Source: a virus | Direction: 5' to 3' (one strand) | Length of the DNA stretch: 38,624 bases | Virus record (IMG/VR): IMGVR_UViG_3300027513_000007 | Part shown: positions 1 through 9,554 of the stretch, piece by piece | How the letters are laid out: each line of letters begins with the position of its first letter | Numbering within the stretch: the stretch's first letter is position 1 | Notes under the pieces: generated by a model | The model's database searches: none | What the model was told of the DNA's origin: nothing | What the model saw: only the letters and a program-made list of their open reading frames with translations | Translations under genes and position numbers: made by a program

Positions 1-127
1 ACCTTTCGCAGGACACGGAAACAAAAGGTAATAAGAAGTCAAAAACTGACTTTGCAACAAGCAGAACAGCTAGGCGAGCAAATAAGAAGTTCTATCCTGG
101 TTCAAATATTAGAAGGCACAGGCAAAA
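1..127. repeat. Terminal direct repeat copy A (exact duplicate of 38498..38624); most likely a circular-contig overlap
   Basis: Read directly: bases 1-127 equal bases 38498-38624 with no mismatch. 127 nt is a standard maximum de Bruijn k-mer, and an ORF reads through the junction in frame. Confidence 0.9.
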
Positions 128-249
128 GGGACCGTAGGACGGTAATAGTGGACGACCAATCGGTCTTAGTCAAGCCTGAGTCAAGTAAAATGTATTCGGT
201 AAGTTTTGTGATAAGCTATACGGACGACTATCCATCCCAGCACGTATGA
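1..249 (+). CDS. 3' part of the junction-spanning gene that starts at 38321; hypothetical tail-module protein, 141 aa when circularised
   Basis: Frame 1 is open from base 1 to TGA at 247-249 and is in frame with ATG 38321 across the overlap. ATGA overlap with the next gene at 246. Confidence 0.7.
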   Translation, partial: TFRRTRKQKVIRSQKLTLQQAEQLGEQIRSSILVQILEGTGKRDRRTVIVDDQSVLVKPESSKMYSVSFVISYTDDYPSQHV

Positions 250-2414
250 TGATAAAAGTGGGAAACGAGTATTTAGATTTCAATGAATTGGTTGAAACGG
301 AGAAGCAAGTGAAGCTATTGGAAGACCTGTCCACAAGTGACGGGGATTTCTCTTACTCCTTCGACCTCTCAAAGACGATAAATAATACCCGGATATTAAA
401 TAACCCACTACCGGATAATATTTCAAAAGAAGTATATCAGAAGATCCCCGCCAGCTTACTAACAGATTCAGGGGAGGAAACATTCAAAGGCTATCTGAGG
501 GTTGAGAAGATAAACGTAAATTATGAATGTTCTTTCTTTGCAGGGAATAACAACTGGTTCGGGCTTCTTTCCGGGAAATTAAGAGATATTGACTGGAGTG
601 ATTACGACATCGACCAGACGGAAATAACCCTATCCAACGCGCTGTTCAATACCTCCGGGGTGGTGTTTCCTTTAATTGATAATGGGTTATTGGCCTACCG
701 TGGGAATGCACTATTAAAAGTGGAGGACTTTGTAGGGGCACTTTACACCAAAGACATCGTAAACAGGGTATTCGCTTTACAAGGGATTAAAGTTCAGGGG
801 GAGCTATTAAACGACGCTGACTATTTAGCTTCTGTCGTTGTCAATAACCCCAAAAGTCAGGAGAATATCGACGCGGCTTCTTCTTATGTGGAGCAAAGCA
901 CGTTGATTGCCCGACCTGGGGAAAACGTTGAGTATCCGGTTGTATTTCAGAATGATTCAGTGTTTCCTTTTTTTGATGGCTCTTTGAATCCATTTAGTTT
1001 AGTCACCAATAGCTGGACGGCCCCCTTTAAAACGATGATTCATATTGAATTGTCGTTTGTGCCTTCAATTGTTGATGCCTCATACAGCCAGCGGATCTAC
1101 ATCTACATAAACGGGGTTTTTACTTTTGTCGATATCGGTCTTTCAGTAGGGGGGCTTTATAACTCAGCTACCGCAGGGGACCAGGAAAACTTTGTACTGG
1201 ACAGGACATTTTTAGTCGATCAGGGGGACGTTTTGACGTGGACCACTGAATGGCAGCAGTCCGTAGGATCAACACAGAATGACGTCGTTTCAGGATGGGT
1301 TAAAATAACCCCTGTATTTATTTATAAGGCATTTGGGGCTGCGATGGTCCCCGACTGGACGCAGGGAGAATTTATATCTGAGATAATAAAGCAGTTCAAC
1401 GCTATCCCCACTTATGACGCGGCCAATAAGACGTTAACACTGAATCTATTTGAGAAGATTCAAAGCCATGATCCTGTGGACCTTTCTGAATACATCTCGG
1501 CGGTAGAAGTTGATTATGCAGAGTTTGTTTCTGACTATGGCAAGAAGTCTTTTTTGTCACACATAGAAACCGAAGAAGAAGAAGAATTTAGACGGATGCC
1601 GCTGGATAAAAGGACTTACGACAAAGGGCAGATAGATATTGATAATGACTTTTTAGGGGATGAGGTGGATATAATTGAAAGTGAATTCTCCTCCCCGATA
1701 ACGTATATAAACCCTGTCTTCCAAATGAGCATAGAGAAGACCAACCTTGTAGAATTTGACCAGCAGTTTAACATGGAGTTTACAGCGGTTACCGATTCGG
1801 CGGGACGGGCAAGATTTGCTATCGCTGACGATAGATTTCAACTGTCGGACATGGTCAGGGTTACCGATTCAACTAATATCAGTTATAACGGTGACTATAT
1901 GGTGATTACGTTTGGGGCTGGGTATATAGAACTGGAGGGATTAGCATTTGACACGAACGCTACCGGAAGTCTGGCTAAAATGAACTTCGTTTATGGAGAT
2001 TCGGACCAGGTATATTTACTGCATCATGTTCCATTATACACCGTTTCTAAGTTCTCAGGGCTTACACAGATACAGGTTGAAAATACGGACTACTCCACAC
2101 TAGCTCCGGCATTTTATAATTTAATTCCTACGAATAGACAGATAGACAGGGACTTTCCGTTTTCGATGGCGTTTGCCGAAGGTGACCAGTTGTCGGTGAC
2201 TGAACGGTATTTCAGATTAGTTTCAATGGTATTAAACGACCCTGTAAAACTACTTTCTGTTGCGCATTTGCCCTATGCTATTTATCAGTCGCTGGACTTT
2301 TTAAGACCGATTACAATTAAGACGCAGGAGACACAGAACCAATACTATTTGAATAAGATATCAGGATATAAAGAGAGCTATTTGCCTTGTGAAATTCAAC
2401 TGATTAAACTCTAA
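246..2414 (+). CDS. Large virion structural protein (tail/baseplate-like), 722 aa
   Basis: Long ORF coupled by overlap on both sides and sitting immediately upstream of the tape-measure-like gene. No enzymatic motif recognised. Confidence 0.55.
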   Translation: MMIKVGNEYLDFNELVETEKQVKLLEDLSTSDGDFSYSFDLSKTINNTRILNNPLPDNISKEVYQKIPASLLTDSGEETFKGYLRVEKINVNYECSFFAGNNNWFGLLSGKLRDIDWSDYDIDQTEITLSNALFNTSGVVFPLIDNGLLAYRGNALLKVEDFVGALYTKDIVNRVFALQGIKVQGELLNDADYLASVVVNNPKSQENIDAASSYVEQSTLIARPGENVEYPVVFQNDSVFPFFDGSLNPFSLVTNSWTAPFKTMIHIELSFVPSIVDASYSQRIYIYINGVFTFVDIGLSVGGLYNSATAGDQENFVLDRTFLVDQGDVLTWTTEWQQSVGSTQNDVVSGWVKITPVFIYKAFGAAMVPDWTQGEFISEIIKQFNAIPTYDAANKTLTLNLFEKIQSHDPVDLSEYISAVEVDYAEFVSDYGKKSFLSHIETEEEEEFRRMPLDKRTYDKGQIDIDNDFLGDEVDIIESEFSSPITYINPVFQMSIEKTNLVEFDQQFNMEFTAVTDSAGRARFAIADDRFQLSDMVRVTDSTNISYNGDYMVITFGAGYIELEGLAFDTNATGSLAKMNFVYGDSDQVYLLHHVPLYTVSKFSGLTQIQVENTDYSTLAPAFYNLIPTNRQIDRDFPFSMAFAEGDQLSVTERYFRLVSMVLNDPVKLLSVAHLPYAIYQSLDFLRPITIKTQETQNQYYLNKISGYKESYLPCEIQLIKL

Positions 2415-4270
2415 TGGCAGACAGGGAAGAAACCATAATTCTAGATGTAGATGTCGACGTCGAAGACTCGGTAGAGTCAATAAACGACTTAACAGCGGCC
2501 AATAAAGAACTGCGGAAGGAACGGAACGCTTTGAATCTTCAGAGTGAGCAGGGAAAGAAACGGGCGCAGGAAATCAACGCTTTAATAGACCAGAACACAT
2601 CCAAGATAAAAGAGAATGTTTCCGCTATTGAGAAACAGAAGATAAACATCGGTAATTATAAAAGTGCATTAGACGGGGTTCATCCGGCTTTGGGGAAAGT
2701 GGGGGAAGGGTTGGAGTCGGGGGCTGCCGGGCTTAAAGCTATGACGCTTCAGGCGTTACGTTTCATCGCTACCCCAATAGGGGCCATACTTGCAGCACTG
2801 GTAGCCATATTCACCGTCTTAAAGGCTGCGATATCTTCCAACAATGAAGTATTAGACAAGTTTGAGAACATCACGAATGCTATCGGGGTAATACTTGATG
2901 TGGTCGTCGCCCGTGTTGGTAAACTCGGTGAAGCCTTAATAGCTTTAGTATCCGGGGACTTTGACAAAGCGGCGGATCTGACAGCGGCCGCATTCTCAGG
3001 GCTTGCCGAAGAAATAGCCAATGCAGTCACACAAGGGCAGTTGTATTTGGATTTATCACGTGAACTGGAAGACAGCCAACGGGCATTAAGAATTGAAACC
3101 GCACGAACAGAGAATGAGATTAAACGTCTGGTAGTTGCTTCCAAGAATAGAAATCTAAGCCTTGATGAACAGGAGGAAATGCTTCGAAAGGCACTAGCGT
3201 TAGAGGAAGAATTAGTAGACAAACGGGCAGAGAATGCGCAAAAGGATTTAGTACTCACAGCCAAACGGCTCGCATTAGAAAGGTCTTTAAGTCAAACGGC
3301 GGAAGAAACGTTTGATCAGTTTTTAGATCGGTTGGTGACTGGTGGTAAATTAGCTGATGAAGGAGTAGATGAAATAGTTGATAAAATTGAAGCCTTAGAA
3401 CAGGCGCGCGGATCTTCACTTGCTTTTCAGGAGAAGTTAGAAAACAACTTAGCCACCATCCAAGAGAAACGGACTAAGATACTTGAAGACCAAGCTAAAG
3501 CATTGGCCGAACAAGAAGCCCAATTAAGAGCAACACAACGTGCAGCCAACCAAATAGAGCCAACGACAGAAGATCCATTAGTAGGGGCTTTCCAGACACA
3601 GGCCACAATAATCACCGATATAAATGATCGGATGAACACCGACCTTGCTAAACGGAATGAAGCCTTCAGGGCAGAAGAAGCCAAAAGAGTAGAAGCCGGG
3701 GCACAAATGGCGGTATTAGTTGAACGGCAAAAGGTTGATGCAATCAGCAATTTAACCGGGGCACTTGCAGATGTATTGCATGAGGATACCGCAGGATATA
3801 AGATTCTAGCCTCCGCTGAGGCATTGATGAATACTTATTTAGCCGCTACTGCTGCCTATGCTTCAGGTGCTAAGATTAACCCCGTATTCGGTGCTATATC
3901 TGCGGCGGCTGCCGTAGTAGCTGGACTTGCCAACGTAGCTAGGATAAATTCAATAGAATTCGCTGAAGGAGGTTATACCGGGGACGGTGCAAAGATGCAG
4001 CCCGCCGGAATTGTTCACGCTGGCGAGGTGGTGTGGTCACAGAAAGACGTAGCTAAAGTAGGGGGGCCATTAGCAGCCAATGCCATGCGTCCGACTTTCA
4101 GAGGGTACCAGGATGGTGGGGTAGTTACCAGTTCTCTGACCGCACCCATAACGGCACAACTAGAGATGGCCAACATCATAAAAAATATGCCTTCTCCTGT
4201 GGTGGAGGTAGTTGAAATAAACAAAGTTCAGCGGGCGGTAGCAGTAAAACAAAAAATATCAAGACGATGA
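2414..4270 (+). CDS. Tape-measure-like protein, 618 aa
   Basis: Long Glu/Lys/Ala-rich coiled-coil regions and Ala/Gly-rich hydrophobic segments. The C-terminal motif GGYTGDG...AGIVHAGEVVWSQ is typical of tape measure or internal virion proteins. Confidence 0.65.
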   Translation: MADREETIILDVDVDVEDSVESINDLTAANKELRKERNALNLQSEQGKKRAQEINALIDQNTSKIKENVSAIEKQKINIGNYKSALDGVHPALGKVGEGLESGAAGLKAMTLQALRFIATPIGAILAALVAIFTVLKAAISSNNEVLDKFENITNAIGVILDVVVARVGKLGEALIALVSGDFDKAADLTAAAFSGLAEEIANAVTQGQLYLDLSRELEDSQRALRIETARTENEIKRLVVASKNRNLSLDEQEEMLRKALALEEELVDKRAENAQKDLVLTAKRLALERSLSQTAEETFDQFLDRLVTGGKLADEGVDEIVDKIEALEQARGSSLAFQEKLENNLATIQEKRTKILEDQAKALAEQEAQLRATQRAANQIEPTTEDPLVGAFQTQATIITDINDRMNTDLAKRNEAFRAEEAKRVEAGAQMAVLVERQKVDAISNLTGALADVLHEDTAGYKILASAEALMNTYLAATAAYASGAKINPVFGAISAAAAVVAGLANVARINSIEFAEGGYTGDGAKMQPAGIVHAGEVVWSQKDVAKVGGPLAANAMRPTFRGYQDGGVVTSSLTAPITAQLEMANIIKNMPSPVVEVVEINKVQRAVAVKQKISRR

Positions 4271-4488
4271 ATCTAGCGGAAAAGTATGGGATTTCCCCGG
4301 AGGTAGTCAAGCAAATGATAAAGGACGGGTGGTTACCCTGTTCATTAACAAAGTACGAAGAAGTGATAGCCGTTTATGAGAAGAACATTATTACAGGGAT
4401 GCCCAGATTACAAGCGATAACCAATACATCTATGGCCACCAAAACCCCTGAGCGGACGGTATATTCCATCATCAAAAAGTTTCATTAA
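4267..4488 (+). CDS. Small protein, possible helix-turn-helix, 73 aa
   Basis: ATGA overlap with the upstream stop. The C-terminal TKTPERTVYSIIKKF segment resembles an HTH recognition helix. Weak call. Confidence 0.4.
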   Translation: MNLAEKYGISPEVVKQMIKDGWLPCSLTKYEEVIAVYEKNIITGMPRLQAITNTSMATKTPERTVYSIIKKFH

Positions 4489-4546
4489 GTAGTATTGCAA
4501 TTTTAGTTGCAACCTTTTTAAGTGCTTTAGACTCATTTTTGCCTTC

Positions 4547-5653
4547 GTGACGGGCAATATTTATATCTACGGTGAGGTCGGCAAGCAAGTAACCTTAGAC
4601 TCGGTTCTAAAAAACATCGACCCCAAATATTCAGATTACATTGTCCACATCCACTCCCCAGGGGGTGAAGTATTCGAAGGATACGCGATCTATAACGCTA
4701 TCAAGAATACAGGAAAAAACATTACCGTCCATGTTGAAGGTACGTGCGCTTCGATAGCCACTTTAATAGCCGCAGCAGGGGACAAAATTATAATGAATCT
4801 CAAATCCTCATGGATGATTCATAGCCCGAGGGTACGCACCGAAGGGACATCAAAAGACTTACGCAACGCTGCCGGACAGCTCGATAGGATCGAGACGCAA
4901 TTAATTGATTCATGGGTAGGAAGAACATCTTTAACACGGGAGCAACTGGTTGAAATGTACGATAGGGAAACCCTATTAGGACCAGAGGAAGCGGTGCAGT
5001 TGGGATTTGCGGATGAAATACAGGAAGTTCTAAAAGCCGTAGCATCAGCAGACTTTAAAAAATATAACACAATGGAAAACACCAGTACCATTATGGCCGC
5101 TATAGATAGACTCACCAAAACGGTGACTAATCTATTCAAGCCTAAGAACATGACCGATACCCTTGCCGATGGACGCCAGATAATGGTAGAATCTGAAGAT
5201 GGGGATTGGACCGGAAAGCGGGTCACTCTTGTAGACGGAACCCCTTTAGAGAACGGTAATTATACTCTTGAAGGCGGACGGGTAATATCTGTCGCTGACG
5301 GGGCTATCGCAACAGTAACAGAACCAGAAGCAATACAAGCACCAAAACCGGAAGATATGGAACTTAAAGAAAAACTTGCGGCCGCAGAAGCTCGCATTAA
5401 AGAACTTGAAAGCGCCGTACAAGCGCAGACCGACACGGCCACAAAAGCCGAAGCAAAAGCTAAGTCTTTTGAAAACAAACTCCACACTGAGCTAAAATCA
5501 GTGCAGGATGAACTTAACAAGATTAAGAATACCACCGTAGGCGATGACTCCGCACCAGCCAAAGCAACGCAAGAAGCCAACCGCCCTGCGATTGTTGACC
5601 CTATGGCCGCATGGTACAAGAAAAATGTTCTCGACACCCGTAACACCGACTAA
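4547..5653 (+). CDS. ClpP-family (S14) prohead protease fused to a coiled-coil scaffold-like C-terminal domain, 368 aa
   Basis: Motifs IHSPGGEV, GTCASIATLIAAAGD (catalytic Ser) and WMIHSP (His). The C-terminal 100 aa are Ala/Glu/Lys coiled coil. GTG start. Confidence 0.85.
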   Translation: MTGNIYIYGEVGKQVTLDSVLKNIDPKYSDYIVHIHSPGGEVFEGYAIYNAIKNTGKNITVHVEGTCASIATLIAAAGDKIIMNLKSSWMIHSPRVRTEGTSKDLRNAAGQLDRIETQLIDSWVGRTSLTREQLVEMYDRETLLGPEEAVQLGFADEIQEVLKAVASADFKKYNTMENTSTIMAAIDRLTKTVTNLFKPKNMTDTLADGRQIMVESEDGDWTGKRVTLVDGTPLENGNYTLEGGRVISVADGAIATVTEPEAIQAPKPEDMELKEKLAAAEARIKELESAVQAQTDTATKAEAKAKSFENKLHTELKSVQDELNKIKNTTVGDDSAPAKATQEANRPAIVDPMAAWYKKNVLDTRNTD

Positions 5654-5654
5654 G

Positions 5655-6701
5655 ATGACAATGCAATTCAAACCAGTAGCGTCAATGTACACACCGGAAT
5701 TGACCTACACTTATCCCGGTAAACTGAATACTGAGCTTATTAAGCCTATTCATATTGACATCCCGGCACTTACGGATCTATTCAGAATTATCCAGGGTGT
5801 ACGATGTGGTGAATATCTGCACTTGATACAACCCCTGACTTCTGTACTTACAAAGTCCACGGGTGATTGTAACCCTACCTACACACAGTCTGGATCTATC
5901 ACAGATCGTCCGTTGACCACTGGTAATTATGTGATTAACCTTGAATGGTGCGAGGAAGAATTTAACGCGGTATGTACGGCTCTCACTGAGAAGTATACCA
6001 GCATGGGTGTGGATGGCTACGAACTACAGGCCAACCTTCAGGCTATTATATTTGAACAGGTTATTGAGACTGCGAAACGCGATCTTCTGAAGTTGGTGTT
6101 TCTTTCTGACAACACCTACCCCGCTAGCTCTATTTGGAGCGCAATTGACGGTGTTTTCGTGAAGTTCTTCGACGCGGCTACTAACTATTGCGTGGAGCCT
6201 GTTTACAACTTCTCCGCTGCTCAGAAACTGCACAATTCTATTTTGAACGCTGACCAGGCAAGAGACATTTTGAAACTGTTGTTCACCAACGCCAATATTA
6301 GACTTAAATCACTCCCTGCTTCTCAGAAGTCATTCTGGGTATCACAGTCGATGTGGGAAAACTACTACACGTCAGTACTTGACAACTGCTGCAATGAAGG
6401 TAGCTGGCAAGCCGGCCAGGATGGTATCGGAACCCTGAAATACAGGGGTATCGAATTGCTTCCTTTGCCTATCATTGACGATGCGTTAGAGAATGATTCT
6501 ACCAACCCGTTCTATGATGAAATACGTCACTTTGCGGTGTACACTACAAGGGATAACCATTACCTGGGAGTGGAACGGAGTTCAGACCTTAACAACTTGA
6601 CTTCTTGCTTTGATTGCCGGACGAACTCTAACCTTATCAAAGGCAAAATGAGATTCGGATATAACTTTGCACAGTGTGATTTGATCGCTTGGGCTAAATA
6701 A
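5655..6701 (+). CDS. Major capsid protein (HK97-fold type inferred), 348 aa
   Basis: ATG sits 1 nt after the protease stop, in the position directly after the protease-scaffold gene. The size is right for a capsid protein. The track ORF start at 5544 is only an upstream open extension. Confidence 0.7.
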   Translation: MTMQFKPVASMYTPELTYTYPGKLNTELIKPIHIDIPALTDLFRIIQGVRCGEYLHLIQPLTSVLTKSTGDCNPTYTQSGSITDRPLTTGNYVINLEWCEEEFNAVCTALTEKYTSMGVDGYELQANLQAIIFEQVIETAKRDLLKLVFLSDNTYPASSIWSAIDGVFVKFFDAATNYCVEPVYNFSAAQKLHNSILNADQARDILKLLFTNANIRLKSLPASQKSFWVSQSMWENYYTSVLDNCCNEGSWQAGQDGIGTLKYRGIELLPLPIIDDALENDSTNPFYDEIRHFAVYTTRDNHYLGVERSSDLNNLTSCFDCRTNSNLIKGKMRFGYNFAQCDLIAWAK

Positions 6702-6707
6702 AAAGCT

Positions 6708-7262
6708 ATGCCAGTACTATGCGGAATAGGCAGCGGGATTGATTTCGACTGCCTTTCAAAACGAAAGATATCGGGTGTAAAAAAGGTATGGCTCTTTAAC
6801 ATGGACCAGCTTTCAAGCCCGATAGACCCCTCAGGAACGGGATACGTCACAGGACTGAACTTCACCGGATATGATGGACTGTACCTGTTCGATGCGGGTA
6901 AGTTCTCTCATTCGGCAGACAGCCCGATAAACGTACAAGCGGATTCCGGAGCGGTATCTTTTCTTCAGAATGTGATTCTCAGACTGGTGGTAGATACGCC
7001 TACTGAACTTTCGACGCTGGCGGACTTGCTGGTTTCGACTGTGGGGGCCATTGTGCTCACAAACAATAACGAGTTCCGGATATACGGAGCGCAAAACGGA
7101 CTAACGGCCAGCGAAGGCAACGTATCTCCTACGGGCCGGGCTCAGGGAGAAGACACAGCCACTACGGTGACATTGATAGGTGAAGAAGGGCTTCCTTATA
7201 GAATGTTGCTTAACACTGACTATGCGACTACGTTGGCTTTGGTACAGGCTTACGAATTCTAA
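6708..7262 (+). CDS. Structural protein, probable major tail (tube) protein, 184 aa
   Basis: Follows the capsid gene and is followed by a strong intrinsic terminator, an arrangement expected for highly expressed genes. The beta-rich sequence resembles tail tube proteins of Bacteroidota siphophages by eye. Confidence 0.4.
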   Translation: MPVLCGIGSGIDFDCLSKRKISGVKKVWLFNMDQLSSPIDPSGTGYVTGLNFTGYDGLYLFDAGKFSHSADSPINVQADSGAVSFLQNVILRLVVDTPTELSTLADLLVSTVGAIVLTNNNEFRIYGAQNGLTASEGNVSPTGRAQGEDTATTVTLIGEEGLPYRMLLNTDYATTLALVQAYEF

Positions 7263-7286
7263 CCTAAACCGAACCTTTAAATAAAG

Positions 7287-7312
7287 AAGCCTCTTCACCG
7301 GGGCTTTTTTGT
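7287..7312 (+). terminator. Rho-independent terminator
   Basis: The sequence aagcctc/ttcacc/ggggctt forms a 7-bp stem (one G-U pair) with a 6-nt loop, followed by TTTTTTGTTG. Confidence 0.7.
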
Positions 7313-7341
7313 TGCTTAATTTAAATTAAAACTTAAATTTG
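7308..7341 (+). promoter_or_regulatory. Candidate Bacteroidota-type promoter (TTTG ... TAAATTTG)
   Basis: Exact TAnnTTTG match (TAAATTTG, 7334-7341) lies 22 nt after a TTTG at 7308-7311. It ends 3 nt before ATG 7345, implying a near-leaderless mRNA. Confidence 0.35.
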
Positions 7342-7344
7342 GCT

Positions 7345-7518
7345 ATGACACGACAAGAAATTAAGGCTGCCTTAAAGACCAGAGGCATCTTTGATACTAA
7401 TTCGAAAGACCAACTCTGGCAGCAAGCCTTCCAATTATACTATCAGGAAACAAAACAGAAGTTATCTATTAGCTGTGGCTCTTGTTTCAACCGTGTCCGT
7501 AATTGGCTACAGGCATGA
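7345..7518 (+). CDS. Small hypothetical protein, 57 aa (below the ORF-track cutoff)
   Basis: ATG directly after the promoter-like box. Its stop overlaps the next ATG as ATGA. Contains a CGSC motif. Confidence 0.5.
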   Translation: MTRQEIKAALKTRGIFDTNSKDQLWQQAFQLYYQETKQKLSISCGSCFNRVRNWLQA

Positions 7519-7712
7519 ATACATTAGAGACACTTACCGAAGATTTAGACAAAGAAAAGGATTATTGCATTATAGCTATTAGGTTCTTAGAAGGTTGCCC
7601 CGGATTAGAGCCTGATAAATATCCAGAACAAAGAATTGAACAATATTTTGATAGACTTAATGTGTTGGCTATTGAAAGGGCTCGTCGGTTGAAAAATATC
7701 TTTGGTTTATGA
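7515..7712 (+). CDS. Hypothetical protein, 65 aa
   Basis: ATG at 7515 gives ATGA coupling with the upstream ORF. The track's TTG start at 7503 is less likely. ATGA overlap with the next gene. Confidence 0.55.
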   Translation: MNTLETLTEDLDKEKDYCIIAIRFLEGCPGLEPDKYPEQRIEQYFDRLNVLAIERARRLKNIFGL

Positions 7713-8344
7713 TGCACCAGATTTATTACAAGCCTGAACAGAAGACTAAGCTATATCCATTTGCAACACCTTACTATAACGAAGGGCTTACTATCTTCTT
7801 CGAGAATAAACCCATTGAAGCCATTGTAAACAGTGCAGACGGCCCAACTATAGCGGTAGCAAGCTGGAAATTATCACAGAAATTAAGAAGACATCAGCCT
7901 TTAACTAATGAACGGTTAGAATCTGACTACCAGGTGCTGAGTTTTACCCGGAATTCGTGGCGACACAACATGATGGCGATGTCAAACCAGTGGCATCCTG
8001 GATTTATGAAGACAATTACGCTCTTGTGGGAGAAATTAGGGCTAAAAATGCCCGGAGAAGCGAAACAACCTATCTACCAGAACCATTATTCCGCGAAAAG
8101 TGACATTTACAAGCGGTATGTTAACGAATTCCTGTCGCCGGCGATGGAATTAATTGAAAAAGACGAAGAATTGCACAGTTTAATGGTTGTACCGTCACGT
8201 TATGGGTCATTGTCACGGGAAGCGGACCTGAAAAGTGTAAAAGAGAAGCTAGGCATGACGGATTACCCGTTATGCCCTTTCATTTTAGAACGTTGTCCTT
8301 CATTGTGGTTCACTATTCACCGGATCCCCGTCACCTACCTATGA
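7709..8344 (+). CDS. Hypothetical protein, first large gene of the glyco-island, 211 aa
   Basis: Translationally coupled to the neighbouring glycosyltransferase. No motif recognised. Confidence 0.6.
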   Translation: MMHQIYYKPEQKTKLYPFATPYYNEGLTIFFENKPIEAIVNSADGPTIAVASWKLSQKLRRHQPLTNERLESDYQVLSFTRNSWRHNMMAMSNQWHPGFMKTITLLWEKLGLKMPGEAKQPIYQNHYSAKSDIYKRYVNEFLSPAMELIEKDEELHSLMVVPSRYGSLSREADLKSVKEKLGMTDYPLCPFILERCPSLWFTIHRIPVTYL

Positions 8345-8976
8345 TTTCATTAATACATCCAAGCAGGGGAAGACCAGAACAGGCACTAAAGGCTACTCGT
8401 GATTGGTCGTTTGCTGCTGGTTCATCGGACTTTGAACACATTTTAAGCCTTGATGATGGTGATACGGAATACTATAAGTATATAATGTATTTCGCGCCAA
8501 GTGAGATTGTAAAAGGTCCTAACAATTCAGTAGTTGAGGCAACAAATAGAGCTGCTATGGTTGCTGATGGTGACATTCTAATTTATATGTCAGACGATTT
8601 TAAGTGCCCTGAAAACTGGATTGAATTAGTCACTAAGGAATTTGCAAAGTATTCAGGCCCAACACTTATAAAGGTTGACGACTGTCTACAAAAGTTTCAC
8701 GTTCCTGTGCTGACTATCCCAATAATGAACCGTGAGCTTTATAATAAACTCGGATACTTCTTTCATCCTGACTATAAGTCTATGTTCTGTGATGAACATC
8801 TATATTGGAAGACTATGCAGTTAGGGGCCTTGAAGTTTGCACCACATTTGAAATTCGAACACTGCCACGTATCAGTAGGCAAAGCCCCGGACGATGAAAC
8901 CTATCGGAGAAGCGCAGCAAATTGGGAACAAGGAAAGGCGATGTTTGCCAAACATAAACGGGCGGGATTTCCATGA
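8341..8976 (+). CDS. Glycosyltransferase (GT-A-like), 211 aa
   Basis: N-terminal LIHPSRGRPEQA, GDILIYMSDDF (DxD-like) and VDD..IPIM.R pattern typical of small phage/LPS GT-A enzymes. ATGA-coupled start at 8341. Confidence 0.65.
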   Translation: MISLIHPSRGRPEQALKATRDWSFAAGSSDFEHILSLDDGDTEYYKYIMYFAPSEIVKGPNNSVVEATNRAAMVADGDILIYMSDDFKCPENWIELVTKEFAKYSGPTLIKVDDCLQKFHVPVLTIPIMNRELYNKLGYFFHPDYKSMFCDEHLYWKTMQLGALKFAPHLKFEHCHVSVGKAPDDETYRRSAANWEQGKAMFAKHKRAGFP

Positions 8977-9554
8977 GTTCACTGGCGATATTGATATGTA
9001 CTTTACCGGAACGGTTCGAAAAGTTGAAGCGGTTGAAGAACATTTTAGAACCCCAGGTGGAACGGTTCAAAGACAGGGTTTCTATTCACTACCATGACGG
9101 AGGGAGTTCGCTACCAACAGGCACAAAACGGAATTTACTAATAGAAAACAGTTCCTCCGATTACTTCTGCTTTGCCGATGACGATGACTTAGTTTCCGCT
9201 TTCTATGTTTCTGAAATAGTTAAAGCAATGGACCAGAACCCGGACGTGATTACTTTCTGTGGGTACATTACAACGAACGGGGCCAACCGGGTAAACTGGG
9301 AGATTAAACTAGGCAATGAATATGTTGAACGGAACGGGATGTACTATCGATGGCCCAACCATTTAGCGGTGATGAAACGGGAGCGGGTCAGACACGTAAA
9401 GTTTCCGGCTGTATGGCAGATGGAGGACTTTCGATGGTCGGAAGAAATAGCACGGAGGAAACTACTAAAAACGGAGGTTCACATTCCGTTGGAATTGTAC
9501 CACTATGACTGTATTCCAAAAACAAAAAGAGTAAATGAAAGAAGACTTCGATAA
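8973..9554 (+). CDS. Glycosyltransferase family 2-like, 193 aa
   Basis: LAILICTLPER N-terminus and TGTKRNLLIENSSSDYFCFADDDD (GT-A DxD). Confidence 0.75.
   Translation: MSSLAILICTLPERFEKLKRLKNILEPQVERFKDRVSIHYHDGGSSLPTGTKRNLLIENSSSDYFCFADDDDLVSAFYVSEIVKAMDQNPDVITFCGYITTNGANRVNWEIKLGNEYVERNGMYYRWPNHLAVMKRERVRHVKFPAVWQMEDFRWSEEIARRKLLKTEVHIPLELYHYDCIPKTKRVNERRLR

Noticed and set aside
1-127. The terminal repeat as biological direct terminal repeats or a cos region
   Set aside because: The exact 127-nt length matches an assembler k-mer, and a gene reads through it. This cannot be excluded without read-termini analysis.
2749-4224. Minus-strand ORFs 2749-3264, 3427-3750 and 4015-4224, antisense to the tape-measure-like gene
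   Set aside because: These are Ala/Ser/Arg-rich low-complexity shadow ORFs lying entirely inside a long coiled-coil gene. They have no coupling to neighbours, and the plus-strand gene explains the region.
4495-4519. Hairpin ttgcaa-ttttag-ttgcaa followed by cttttt, as a terminator after ORF 4267
   Set aside because: The stem is only 6 bp and AT-rich with a short T-run, and it sits in the middle of an apparently continuous late operon.
5544-5654. N-terminal 37-codon extension of the capsid ORF in the track
   Set aside because: It overlaps the protease-scaffold C-terminus in another frame. ATG 5655 sits 1 nt after the protease stop and gives a sensible MTMQFKP start.
4800-5692. Minus-strand ORFs 4800-5045, 4819-5226, 5246-5485, 5260-5646 and 5498-5692
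   Set aside because: They are antisense shadows of the ClpP protease-scaffold gene, whose motifs are unambiguous. Their translations are low-complexity.
7391-7582. ORF 7391-7582 (63 aa)
   Set aside because: It overlaps two ATGA-coupled ORFs (7345-7518 and 7515-7712) in a different frame, uses a non-ATG start, and gives a basic junk-like translation.
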